A stretch of DNA of 64,000 nt from Macrostomum hystrix. Its lineage: Eukaryota; Animalia; Platyhelminthes. Each line of letters starts with the position of its first letter. Within the stretch, counting starts at the first letter, position 1. The notes beneath the pieces were generated by a model that saw nothing but the letters and a program-made list of their open reading frames with translations, did no database searches and was not told where the DNA came from. Where the stretch lies: contig CATNEN010000002.1 of NCBI GenBank assembly GCA_950097015.1, forward strand, positions 5,208,001-5,272,000, given 5' to 3'. Shown here in pieces: positions 45,701-57,700 of the stretch. The position numbers and the translations under genes were made by a program.

Positions 45701-46819
45701 AACCTTCAGTAGATCTCAGCTACCTGATCCCTCAATCTTCAGTAGATCTGAGCTACCTGATCCCTGAACCTTCAGTAGATCTGAGCTACCTGATCCCTCA
45801 ATCTTCAGTTGATCTGAGCTACCTGATCCCTCAACCTTCAGTAGATCTGAGCTACCTGATCCCTGAACCTTCAGTAGATCTGAGCTACCTGATCCGTGAA
45901 CCTTCAGTAGATCTGAGCTACCTGATCCGTGAACCTTCAGTAGATCTGAGCTACCTGATCCCTGAACCTTCAGTAGATCTCAGCTACCTGATCCGTGAAC
46001 CTTCAGTAGATCTGAGCTACCTGATCCGTGAACCTTCAGTAGATCTGAGCTACCTGATCCCTGAACCTTCAGTAGATCTCAGCTACCTGATCCCTCAATC
46101 TTCAGTAGATCTGAGCTACCTGATCCCTGAACCTTCAGTAGATCTGAGCTACCTGATACCTGAACCTTCAGTAGATCTGAGCTACCTGATCCCTCAACCT
46201 TCAGTAGATCTGAGCTACCTGATCCGTGAACCTTCAGTAGATCTGAGCTACCTGATCCCTGAACCTTCAGTAGATCTGAGCTACCTGATCCATGAACCTT
46301 CAGTAGATCTGAGCTACCTGATCCCTGAACCTTCAGTAGATCTGAGCTACCTGATCCCTCAACCTTCAGTTGATCTGAGCAACCTGATCCCTCAACCTTC
46401 AGTAAATCTGAGCTACCTGATCCCTAAACCATCGAGTTTTCGGACAATTTTGCGATGGGTGCTAATCTTACCTCAAGTTGCAGCAAACTTGTGAATAGAT
46501 TATGCGGCAGCTCAGTGAGTCTGTTGTTACTCAAATCCAGGTGTTTTAAAGTGTCGAGCTCGGCAAAACTGGACGGAAGTGTCATGAGTTTATTCTCATA
46601 AACGCAGAGTTTTGTCAAGGCGGGCAGTTTAATTCCGCCATTAGGGCTGGGCAGCTGCTCTAGGCCAGTCTTGGCTATACTCAGAAAGTTCAGAGACTCC
46701 AGCTGCAGCACAAGAGGGTCGAGTCCTTCCGATTCGATGCGTTGCGCAACTTCAGGCCCGCTTAGCACCAGCTCGTGACGGCCCTCCTGCTGGGCTCGAC
46801 TCACCTCATCCCAGGGCAT
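42719..46819 (-). CDS. LRRC47: Leucine-rich repeat-containing protein 47 (LRRs plus B3/4 PheRS-beta-like domain)
   Basis: Exons 46819-46472, 45460-45290, 45193-44846, 44170-43646 and 42943-42719. Motifs W.EV..A..E.R.ELVL, LRELNLRANRIADRRLKK, VRPYLVLCAVRNVDL and VLSLPPITN. Confidence 0.92.
42980..43178. repeat. About 40-bp purine-rich repeat in LRRC47 intron 4
   Basis: GGGAAGAATCTGAGGAATAGGGGAAAAATGTAAGGACTAG, about 4-5 copies. Confidence 0.85.
43197..43565 (+). mobile_element. SINE copy, full length
   Basis: GGGGTCGGTGGCAGAGG head, B-box-like GCTGGATTCC, 3' stem GGCTGCGGG/CCCGCAGCC, ATT tail. Confidence 0.88.
44215..44815. repeat. 20-bp minisatellite (CACACTCAGTCACTGCCTGA), about 30 copies, LRRC47 intron 3
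   Basis: Directly visible. Confidence 0.95.
45575..46428. repeat. 30-bp minisatellite (GTAGATCTGAGCTACCTGATCCCTGAACCTTCA-type), about 28 copies, LRRC47 intron 1
   Basis: Directly visible. Confidence 0.95.
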
Positions 46820-47815
46820 TTCTAGCTAAGGCGATATTTTACTTCTGCTTTACCTTGATTAGCCGTTACAACCGAAGCCGAAAGAAGGCTGAAAATGGTT
46901 TTTTCGAAACATATCGGAAAATGTAGGTATAGCATGTGGGTAATAAAACTTTTATTTTTTTCAAAACATATCGGCTAATAAAGTTTTGTTTCCTACTGAT
47001 TACACCAGCAAATGCTAGTACTGATTTAACTGCTGCCTGAACTCACCTTTAAATAAGTCTGCCGCTCGATAACTAATAGGCTACAACCCCTTAAAATATT
47101 CGAAACATATCGGTCATTGTAAAAATCTATTGAACTAAACAAAAATAATTTAAGAGATAATAAGCAGCAGTTTCATCCGTTAATGCGATAGAAAGGCTTA
47201 GTGCAGTTGTTTTATTTTATTTCTGCGTTCTAATGCGATTTGTGTAAGCAAAGAGACCAAATAAATAAATGCTTGGTCTGTTTATTTTCTAAATTTGAAA
47301 AAAGATTAAAGGAATACATAAGCTATTTAATTACAAGAGGCGAACGGCCAATAAGTTTATATTATTTTAGCCACATTTAACAAACTTTAAAATTTTACTG
47401 CGATTCAAGCACCAATAATTATAATATAACAGTTAAATTCACATTATACTACTGTTGGAGAAGACTGACAAAAACTGCATATTGAATACAAAAGTACACA
47501 GGAAGGAGAAAGATTGAGGTGGTAAAGGTTATGTACACAGAGTTATTCAGAACAAGTTGGGAGACTTAAAAACTTGCCAAGTTGAAAGAGCCAAAAAATA
47601 TTGCGCATAAATGCTTTCAGTACACCAACTTATTGTCTATTTAGCGTTCACAAAGCTACTAGCAGTAGTATGTTTGAAACTGATAGGTTTGAAAGGCTGG
47701 AAGAGTTGCAGCAGAATAGTCTTGGGAATAGAATGACGGAAAGAACAGCCAAATTTAAAGGTGAACAGAATAAACAGAGAAAACAATGAGGCATAGCAGC
47801 TCAAGCCAGAATAAA

Positions 47816-48120
47816 CTAGATCTAGCCAGACCAAGATCTAGCCAGACCAAGATCTAGCCAGACCAAGATCTAGCAGACCAAGATCTAGCCAGACCAAGAT
47901 CTAGCCAGACCAAGATCTAGCCAGACCAAGATCTAGCCAGACCAAGATCTAGCCAGACCAAGATCTAGCCAGACCAAGATCTAGCCAGACCAAGATCTAG
48001 CCAGACCAAGATCTAGCCAGACCAAGATCTAGCCAGACCAAGATCTAGCCAGACCAAGATCTAGCCAGACCAAGATCTAGCCAGACCAAGATCTAGCCAG
48101 ACCAAGATCTAGCCAGATCT
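47816..48120. repeat. 16-bp minisatellite (CTAGCCAGACCAAGAT), about 19 copies
   Basis: Directly visible. Confidence 0.95.
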
Positions 48121-48543
48121 GTCGGACATTTAATCGTGACAAACCGTTGCTCAATGAATAGTTATTCTGTGAAAATTTACGAATGGCTTACTTATAATAT
48201 TTTGATCAACTGAGGCACATTCTAAAAATTAATTTCCAAAACCAGCTGCTCATTTATAATATAAGCATTTTTGATTAAGCATAATATAAATCGTTTAAAC
48301 GACTTTTTCTAAACATATCGGATAACCTAAATTTATCGCAAAGTTAAGTTAGCAACTTAAGAAATCAATAAACCTAACTCAAATGCATAGCATAAAAAAT
48401 ACGAGTATGCTACATTTTTTACAGACGAATTCCGTTAAATTCTAAACATGTCGGCTAAAAAAGCGCAACATGATTTTCTGATGAGTTTGTTACGATCAAA
48501 TGTCCCCCTCGGCACCAAAGCAACTAATAATTTGACAGGTAAA

Positions 48544-49062
48544 TCAGTCAGCATCAGCTCGATAATTGAAAGCCGATGGCAGACTGTCGCCGACCAGCTC
48601 AGCTTCCGTCACCCGAATGAGGGCGGCGAAATTCTGGCGCTCAATCATCTTGGCGCTGGCGTACTCACGCAGCATATTGTTCATGCCCTCCAGCACGGCC
48701 ATTCTCAGTCGCATTGTGTAGCGAACTGATCTCTGCGAGCCGGCGCAGGCGCGGTCGAATCTCACTCGCTCCTGCTCAATCTGGCGGCTAACCTGTTTGA
48801 CCTGCTGCTCGGCAGTAGCAATGAGCATGTCTGTGCGGCTGAGCATGCGCACAAGGGTGTCGCGGATTTTCACATTGTAAGCCGACTCTTCGAGAAATCT
48901 GGGACTCTGGCTGAGGCCGTTGCTAGGCTGGTTGCTAATGTCCATGCTTTCTAGGACAAGTTCCTCCTGTGGCTGCTGCTGCTGCTGCTGCATGTCAGGC
49001 GGCTGACTGTTTGAGTCGTCGCTGAGCATAGCAGCGGCGGGTGGGACGGAAAATTGATGCAT
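48544..49062 (-). CDS. Hypothetical single-exon protein (172 aa) with a low-complexity N-terminus and coiled-coil C-terminus
   Basis: GC-rich, codon-like island in AT-rich DNA; polyQ; helical RMAVLEGMNNMLREYA segment. Confidence 0.6.
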   Translation of the reverse strand: MHQFSVPPAAAMLSDDSNSQPPDMQQQQQQPQEELVLESMDISNQPSNGLSQSPRFLEESAYNVKIRDTLVRMLSRTDMLIATAEQQVKQVSRQIEQERVRFDRACAGSQRSVRYTMRLRMAVLEGMNNMLREYASAKMIERQNFAALIRVTEAELVGDSLPSAFNYRADAD

Positions 49063-50172
49063 GCCTGGCTTGCTGGACCGTTGCGCTGCTTGAACTTTTA
49101 GGGATATTTTTAAGGTGTGAAAAATTTACCGTGCAAGCGATTAGTCACCGATAAGTTAAAAAGATACTTTGATTATATAATTCTTTCCAATTTCCAATTA
49201 ATGGAATAATTAACTAACTTGAAGAAATTTGTCACTTCATGGTAATAACTTTCCCAGGGTGGGATAATTTACCAGATCTCAAGGGGATAATTTTCTAATG
49301 GCGTGATAACTTGCCGAATTTGGGGAATTCTCAAACTTCAGGAGGATGATTTGCCTACTGATGGGAAAATACCTGTCTTGATCTTCCTACCTACTCAGCT
49401 TGTATAGCTTATCTAGCTATTATAATTCTACTCTAATAGCAAAGCTGAAATTAGAGTCCAAATAAAGAAAACAAATAATGTACAGTTTGTGTAGAATCCG
49501 AACAATAAATATAATCATCAAATATCCATGCAAATTAACCGTCGGAAATGTATTTCTTTATTAAAAAATACATTTCGAGTGAATGGTTAGTTCATAGCTA
49601 ATAATATTAGTATCTGGCAAGCTGAATTTTGAGCTACAATTAACAAAAAATTGTGCAATAGCCAAATTTGTAAATTCCATGATTTTTATTTTCAATGACT
49701 AAACGCGTGCGCTGAAGTATACTTCATGTTATAACATGATTTAATTAACTGAGATTTTTGTAAAGACATTCGCTATTTAAACTAGACTAAGTTAAAAAAA
49801 ACTATGAGTAGTGAGCTTGAGACTAAAAAAGCACCGACAACAATAAATACGTAAATGTAGATTGTGTTACAGCATCGCATTTTAGCAAAGCTTAAAGTTC
49901 AATAAACAAAAACGTTAATTAAAACTAAATTTGTGAATTCGTTTAACTTTGGATTCTTTAAATTAAGATTTACATAAAATGGGATTTCGATTACGTTAAA
50001 TTTTGCCAATTGTACTCGTAGTTTAGATTATTTAAAAATCGTGTCTTTTTATAAAAAAGATACTGTTAACAATGGAATTATAAATATCAGCAATTAAATT
50101 AAAGATCTAATAAGTTAGCGGGGCTGGTTCAATGAGTTCAGACACGCACAGCCAGATGAGTTAAAAGCCCAG

Positions 50173-51447
50173 CTAAATGCAATCAGCTGTGTGGCCCAGC
50201 AGCTCTCTATCGAAGCTAAATTCGCCCAGGCCCGGGCCGCACTGGGCCAATTGGGAGGCCAGATCCGACAGGCGCTTGATGCACTTTGCCTGCCGCTCCA
50301 GGCACTGGTCTTCAATGAAGTCCTTCAAGGGTAAGCAAAATAAAAAATAAAAAATCTGTTAACCACCGCTATCAACTAGAGATAAAATTTATTCCTGCAT
50401 AGCAACTACAGTCAGGGAGCTTTAGCAAGAACCCGCGTGTTCGTAATGCAAGTTCTCATAGGAATCTAAATGCGGCATAATAATAATAATAATCGCAGGA
50501 GGGCTGCGGGCAATGGCACATCATTCGGTTACAGTAGACCTGCAGCCAGCGGGGAGGAAATTCTGACCATTTCACTGACTCCTGAGCACACACGCACACA
50601 GATACTGTACATAGGCGCTCTCTCACACAGGTGTGTACATCTGGCAGTGTACATTACTGTGCCTTTGAGGTTGGCCCTAAAGTGCGTAAATTGCACGACA
50701 AGCCCCCAAGCCAAGCGCGGCTGCGCCCCAAATGGATGTGGCCTCGCCGCGGAATCGAGCTCAGGGACCTTGGTGCGAGAGGCAAACGCGTTAGACCGCT
50801 CTGCCACTGACCCCTATCTAATGTGCTAGCAGGTCTTTGTTTGGTTCTAGTCAAGTTATTTTAATGCCAGACATATTCTTTGATTAACTTTCTGGCTTAC
50901 TAAGGCCAACAGGGGCTGATGACTAAAGTTATAGGGCTAAACTGGTAAATCGTTGACTTCTGTTCCGTGGTTTTAAAGATAAATGTATATATTTTCTTCT
51001 CACCACAAAGTGAGCATCCTTGGCCGCGCTAACAATAGAGTGCAGCTGCAGCAGTGCAGCATTCACATTCTTCTCGATCTCGAGAGCCTGCAGCATTGCA
51101 TCAAGGCTAACAATTCTGTCAGCACTGGCTGTGGAAGCCAATGCAGGCGGTCGGCCAACATCAGCCAAAGCCAGTCGACCACCTCGAAGGATCTGATATG
51201 CCATGAGGCACTGGGCCTGCTCGCGGCTGGCAGCCGAGCGACGCTTAAAGAATTCGTGCAGGCCGGGCAAGGCCACGTCGTCTCTGTCAAAGTGCCAAGC
51301 TAAACTGGTGTAAGCATAGGCTGCGTACAGCTGGACACTGATGTGCTTGTTTAGCGCAGTCTCACACTCGGCTTGATAGTTCTGACGACAAGCCAACATT
51401 TTAGTCTTAGAGCAGCTTAACAAGATTTCAATGGATGCTGTGGGCAT
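50173..51447 (-). CDS. Ferritin-like subunit lacking ferroxidase site-A ligands; exons 51447-51004 and 50322-50173
   Basis: RQNY..ECE.ALNK.I, HFDRDDVALPG, RGGR, ALEIEKNVN, DAHFV/DFIE and GLGEF.FD motifs; phase-0 intron. Confidence 0.9.
50474..50814 (-). mobile_element. SINE copy in the ferritin intron
   Basis: Best-preserved tRNA-like head: GTGGCAGAGCGGTCTAACGCG...GCTCGATTCC. Confidence 0.88.
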
Positions 51448-54400
51448 TGAGTTGGGTGCTCATATCATTTGACAATAAACTAGCAAGTGCAGGCTGTAGG
51501 ACTTGATAAATCAAACTTTTCTTTTGCAGTGCAAAAGTACTTTTAGAAGCCAAAAACATAAAAAAACTTAACCATGGAATTGTGGATTTTTCAGTACAGA
51601 TGAAAGATATTTCTCAGTTCTTCAGCATACATTGTTTTGCTGCTTTGACTAGCTACATTTCCTCATGGGAGAAGCTGCATTGGGTGTGTCTGAACTGTTT
51701 ATGTCCTGCATAAGAAAAAGTTGCAGGATTGGACTGGTGCCTTTTAAGGTTTCACTGTAGATATTAATTTCCACAAAAAGCAAACAATTGCTCTGTTTGT
51801 TTTGTTCGCTAGTGTGTACAAGTAATATGCAAAATAAAATAGCAAACTAGACATTTGGAATTAGCTTTGATATCTTATTGGAATGCTTCAATATGCTTTT
51901 TTAAATCCTAATAGTCAAATATACATTTCTTTTCTGACTGTCTGAAATGTCTGAATTGTACAGTATGTCAGAAATAATTATTTTGGCAACACACTCTTCA
52001 ATACAACCCTTATTGAAGATGGCAGCATTGACTTTTTGGCACTGGATTAGGCCAGAATGAATATTGATTTATGATAAAAATAGTTTATGGACTCTTTCTT
52101 AGAAATTGTTTAAATGCATCACTTAAGTTTTACTGCACCACATGTTTTATTGCACCAATGCACCAAATTTATCAACATTTTACTGAAGTGGAGAAACTTG
52201 AGGAGGGAGGCAAAGAGCATGTATAAATAAACCCCTGAGAGACAGGAAAAAGTTACAATTTTGTAATATGTAAACAACATTCAGAATAAGAAAGTCTGAA
52301 ATAGTGAAGTGTTTGTCTTAAAAATTATTTTTAGAAACATTGAGAAAAAGAAATGAATAAAGTGAAAGAAGGAGAGCTGTAACCCTAGGTCCACTGGTAA
52401 TTCCCACCAGTTGTGTTACCAATTGAGGTTACCTGCTTCACCGTTCAACAGTTTAAAAAAATTAATTTTGCAAGGGAAAGTTAGGCCTAACTTACACTGC
52501 ACTCTGAACATATAGGCCCCCTTAATAAATAGGCCTGAGTAAATTTCTGGAGTTCTGTAAGGTATTAAAAGTGCAGAAAGTGAATTATAAAAAAAGTAAA
52601 ATGAAAACTAGTTTCGCACATATTATATAAGTCTACCCAAACAATTATTAGGCCTAGGCACATTCATACATACTAATAAGTTGCTAAAAGAATCGAGCTG
52701 TTTAGATTAGTTGGGCCTCATAAATAAAGCTCAGCAAAACAGACAGGCTTGGCTTTGCATAAGCAAAGCATGGTCAGCAAGGACAAGCTCAATGCATGAA
52801 TATGGTCCTACGGGAGCTAGGCCTACGGCCCACTATGGCGGAGGATTTGTTGGGGCCTTTGGAGTTCGGCTCAAGAGGTGATACATATTTTTTCTTAGAA
52901 AATGTAAGGGTTATAAGCCTAACGAAAAGGAAATTCAAACAGCTGTGACTTCCGATGAAATTGGCGATATGACAAAACATTTCACCATATATCATTGAAT
53001 ATGCAGATTGCCAGATTGTCACACTGTGTACAAAACAAATTCATTATAAAGTCACTCTCCTGTGCGGCGACGATGTCAATTGCACAATCTTATTGCATAA
53101 TTCAAAAGTTTGAAAGTTTCGCCTTTGTTAAAATTTAAACAATAGTTGCGAAATCAAGTCTTTGGTAGATAATATATTTAGTATTATTTATTTTGTAAAA
53201 TAAAAAGAAAAGCTTTTAATTGTTATGATCTGATATTACGCTGCACGAAAGTTTTTTTAACACAATTCTGGCTTTGGTGTCACTTTTAATATTATTAAAA
53301 TATTTTTATTCAGTATCGTGTGTGATAAATGTCATGCCTGCCTGCGCCCTTCACTATATTGCGATTAGAAATTAGACATTTTGTATTAGTGGGTTAGGCT
53401 GTCGCATCTGTCGCATTTTCAGACTTTTTTGGTGTTGCCTCACATTGCAGGGCATTGCCAGGGCGTCGCGCCTGCGATTTGGCGGCTTTATAACAAATAA
53501 AAATTTGACAAAGAGAAGCGTTTCTTTTTTATAAAGCATAGTTTGTTGGTTAGGTTATTATACCATTTCGTGTCGCATTGCACTTTGGAGCCACATTTTT
53601 GACACGTGTGTCGTGCGTCTGCAAGTTTTTTTACATTTATTCCAATTGGTTGAACGTAGGGATGGTGGTGTAAGAGGCAAACACGATATTTTATGTGCAA
53701 TTTAAGAGGTATATATTCAATGTGACCAGCTTGCTTTTTTGTTACCTAGTGTTTAGCCTATTGAATTGACCATGTATTGTCATTGTTACCAAATTGTCTG
53801 ATTTCTGTATTGTCCGTTACCAAAACAGGGCTACTCCCACAGAATAGTGACATAACTAGCTAGACTAGCTAGATTTTTTTAAGATGACAGCTAATATAGT
53901 TGCTAGAAAACTTCTAAGCTTATACTAATAGGCGTTATATCTTTTGGTGGCTAGGCCTAGTTTAGCTTGGTCTAGCTGGATCTGACTTAGGTCAATATTT
54001 TCTCTTGTAGCTGTAAATAGTAATATAGCAAAACCACCAACCAACTAGCTAATACTTAGCAGGGTTGTTTACATGACAGACATAAGAAAATAGTATGGTG
54101 TTTCAAACAGATAAGACTTGCAATAAAAATTTCAACATGTGGAAATAAATTTGCATTTCTAGCAACTAATAAAATGATTATAAATGGTAGGACTATTTAT
54201 TAAAACTTTTCTTGTTTTTTTATATTATATATACTTTATCTAGGGCTTACAATTCTTAATGCTCTTATTAGTATGCTAATCCTCAGTATGAAATTAATTA
54301 TTAATATAAATTTCAATAAATAACAATAAACTGCACTGAGTTTTTTCTGTATATGATTGTTATTCTTTAATATTTTGATTAGAAAGCATAAAATTTTAAT

Positions 54401-54708
54401 ATGCTACACTATATTATTATATAATTTGATATTAGTTTTACATTTCAAATAATCTGATTGTTTCATAATTATTATGTGTTCATTTATTGCCCATGTAAAG
54501 TGACTCAGTGACAGCAAGACTTTTGGTGGCATGTCCAATAGCAATGACCCATAATCTACATATTAGTACAAGGGTGAGTGATCACAGTGCAGAAAATCTT
54601 GAACCATTATTGTTTTTTTACTGAGCTGAGATTCGAACTAGGGACCTCTCATCATTCACAATCGTCCACTGCACACAATCCTATATATTGCAGCCAGTCA
54701 AATGCACA

Positions 54709-57700
54709 ATGCCATCACAGGTATCAAGATTGTCACGAATAAGTCTACAACACTTGCTAGTCTTGCTGCTGTTGCTAGCGGCAGTCATCGCCATTGAAAT
54801 ATCTACTCCTTTATTGTCATCGAAATCTGGTGTCCCTGGCGACGGTATCGACGCCTGCAGCCTGTCGCCGGGTCGTCTTCACCGGCTGGAAGGCAAGCTG
54901 AGGTCGGCGCCTCGCGCTGGCAAAATGGCCGGCTCGTACACCAAGCTGAGCAATGTGACAGACCTGCCCGGCTGCATCAGCGCCTGCTGCCTTGACGCGG
55001 CCTGCCATTCGGCGCTGTTTTACAAAGACGAATGCTACACAATCGCCTGCCGCAGCGCTCTGGCCTGTCAGCCGCAGATCAAGGGCAAGGCGGCGTCTAA
55101 AGCGGTCTACCAGCCGCTGCGGGCGGTCTGCACCGCGGACTCCACCTGCGGCGACGGTCACTACTGCTGGCACTTCGCCTGCCAGGCTAAGCGGGTCTGC
55201 AGCATGAGCACGCTCAGCGACTGCGGACCCGGCGAGGAGTGCAACTTCGGCTCGAACTCTGGCGACGCTGACAGCAGTCAGGGCTTCTGCGAGTGCCGCG
55301 GCGGTCACGTCAGGCGCGGCCTGAGCGAATGCCAGCCTGCACCGCCGACCAAGGCGCCTGCTGCTGCTGTCAAAGCTACAATGTCTGCTGTCACTGATGC
55401 ACCGCCACCTGCGACTACAGCTGCACCTGCTGGTGAGATGTCTGAGTACACTGATTGGCTAGCTCATAGCCTCCCATTATTTCTTATTCTAATGCTTTAT
55501 TTAACCTGCTAACTTTATTTCAACTGAATTCGATTTCACACGCTTAGCCGAACTTATATCCTGGCGTCCTATATAGTGTCCTGGTTTCAGATTTTTGTGA
55601 TCCTAAATCACAATCTCTACTCGCTTTTTCGAAAATTATCCCATCTCTATTCCTCTGAAATTATACTAACTACAGTAATCCCCAAAATTATCCCCTCTCT
55701 ATTCCCCAGAATAATCCCATCTTTATTCCCCACAGTTATCTCATCTCTAATCCCCCCAGTTATCCCATCTCTATTCTCCACAGTTATCCCTTCTCTGCCC
55801 CCACAGTTATCCCAATTCTATTCTCGACAATAACCATGAGGTGTCTCACTTTTCTCATCCAGTGTGATTCCAAATCACAATTTTACTATTTTAGATACTG
55901 CCAGATGAAAGCATTGGGTTAAAAATGTAAAATTGTATTAACTAAAGAGCTAAACGGTGGCTTAACTTCTTCTAGTTTATGGTGCTTATCATGCCCCTTT
56001 TAGATTCTTCATTTTTGTTAACTTAGCTGCACGTCTGTGTAGGCAAGATTTTTACTGTAATTATATTAGTATATTACCTATTTTCCCTTTTTGCTAATAG
56101 TCTTTTAAAGTACAAAAGTGCATTATCTATCAGCCGCTTAAATATTAGCTAGTCTTATTAGATGTTTAATTTTCACTGTCCTATTTATAAATGCTTTTAA
56201 ATCTGATTTTCAACTATGCGTACCAACAGTTGCAAACGCGTCATCGACCGGGTCAAAAACCGGCACAATGGACACCACAGCAGCAACAGCAGCAAAAGCA
56301 ACAGCAGCAGCAGCAGAAGCTGAAAAAAGAACAGCAATTTCAGCAGCAACACCAAAAACGGCAGGCACTGCTACAACTCTGGCACCAAGTTAGAATTAAC
56401 AATATTCGCTTTTAATCATTTTCCTTGGGATTTTGTTGCTTTTTCGCTTAAAAAACCATAAATAATATTATTGTGCTCATTCTATGCTCATTGATTAATA
56501 GATTTCTCAAAGAAACAAAAGCTGTTTTTAGCAGATCAAAATAGTCAATTGGGATAAGGATTATGACCGTGGCTTTAGACTTGCCATTGTTATTCGGCTT
56601 GTCTAAATCCCCTCTATCTCTGGTTGAGCTATTAATTTCTCTGTACCGGTGGGTGGGGGGTTTATGTAGCAACTAAGTTCATTTCCCCCGTGTCTCTCTT
56701 TATCCCTGATTAGCAATTTCTTATAGACAGTTGGAATAAAAATCGATAGGCTAATTTTAGCTGTGTTTCTATTTCCCTTTCCCGACTATCTGCCCGGCGG
56801 CGTTGCTGCTTAAGCCAAGTTTGTTGAGCACAGTTGGCTTAGGTTTTTTATTAATCCGCAGTTATGTACGTCCAGAATATTTTTTATATTGCTTTATTTT
56901 TTGCGCATGGTGCTTTTAATCTGGTTTAGTAATGATCTGCCACATGTTCAAAAATAATTGTGGATGGCTATTCTGTGTGCCGATTATCGCGCTTAAAGTA
57001 CATTCTAGGTTTGACTCCAGCTCTATCGACATTTAAGATTTTACAGACATTCTATATTGGGATCTACAGACCTTCTGGATTGGGATCTACAGACATTCTA
57101 TATTGGGATCTACAGACATTCTAGATTGTGATCTACAGACATTCTAGATTGGGATCTATACAGACCTTCTAGATTGGGATCTACAGACCTTCTAGATTGG
57201 GATCTACAGACATTCTATATTGGGATCTACAGACATTCTAGATTGGGATCTATACAGACATTCTATATTGGGATCATTTGAATTTTACATGATCTATCGA
57301 TTTATGAAAACCCAGAATTGTTTCCAGATTTTTACGATCGCATTATTATTTTACTAATCTTATAATATTCGTCCTAGTCGCATAAAGCAAAGTTTTCACA
57401 AAGTAATGATAATTCCCGCAGCAACTCCGTTCACAAAGTAATGATAATTCCCGCAGCAACTCCGTTCACAAAGTAATGATAATTCCCGCAGCAACTCCGT
57501 TCACAAAGTAATGATAATTCCCGCAGCAACTCCGAAACGAGAACAGCTGATAGTGAGCGCGGGCAGCAACCGTACTATCGAACTGCCCAACAGCAGCATC
57601 GAGCTTCACGCCTCAATAATTCCCGAGCCAACGGGCTCAGCGGCTAAGCGACTCGCCTATTCCTGGAAAGTTATCTCAGGCCCGAAGCGGGGCCAGTTTC

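Noticed and set aside
45508-46494. 328-aa ORF (VDLSYLIPEPS repeats)
   Set aside because: Translation of the 30-bp intronic minisatellite, antisense to LRRC47.
50150-50335. Plus-strand exon-like segment ending in GTAAG
   Set aside because: It is the antisense of ferritin exon 2, which explains it fully.
50740-50814. tRNA gene
   Set aside because: The A/B boxes belong to the SINE head; there is no complete cloverleaf and the SINE body follows directly. The same applies to short B-box fragments near 54620 and 58195.
51448-51540. Iron-responsive element upstream of the ferritin
   Set aside because: No CAGUGN-loop hairpin seen on the sense strand.
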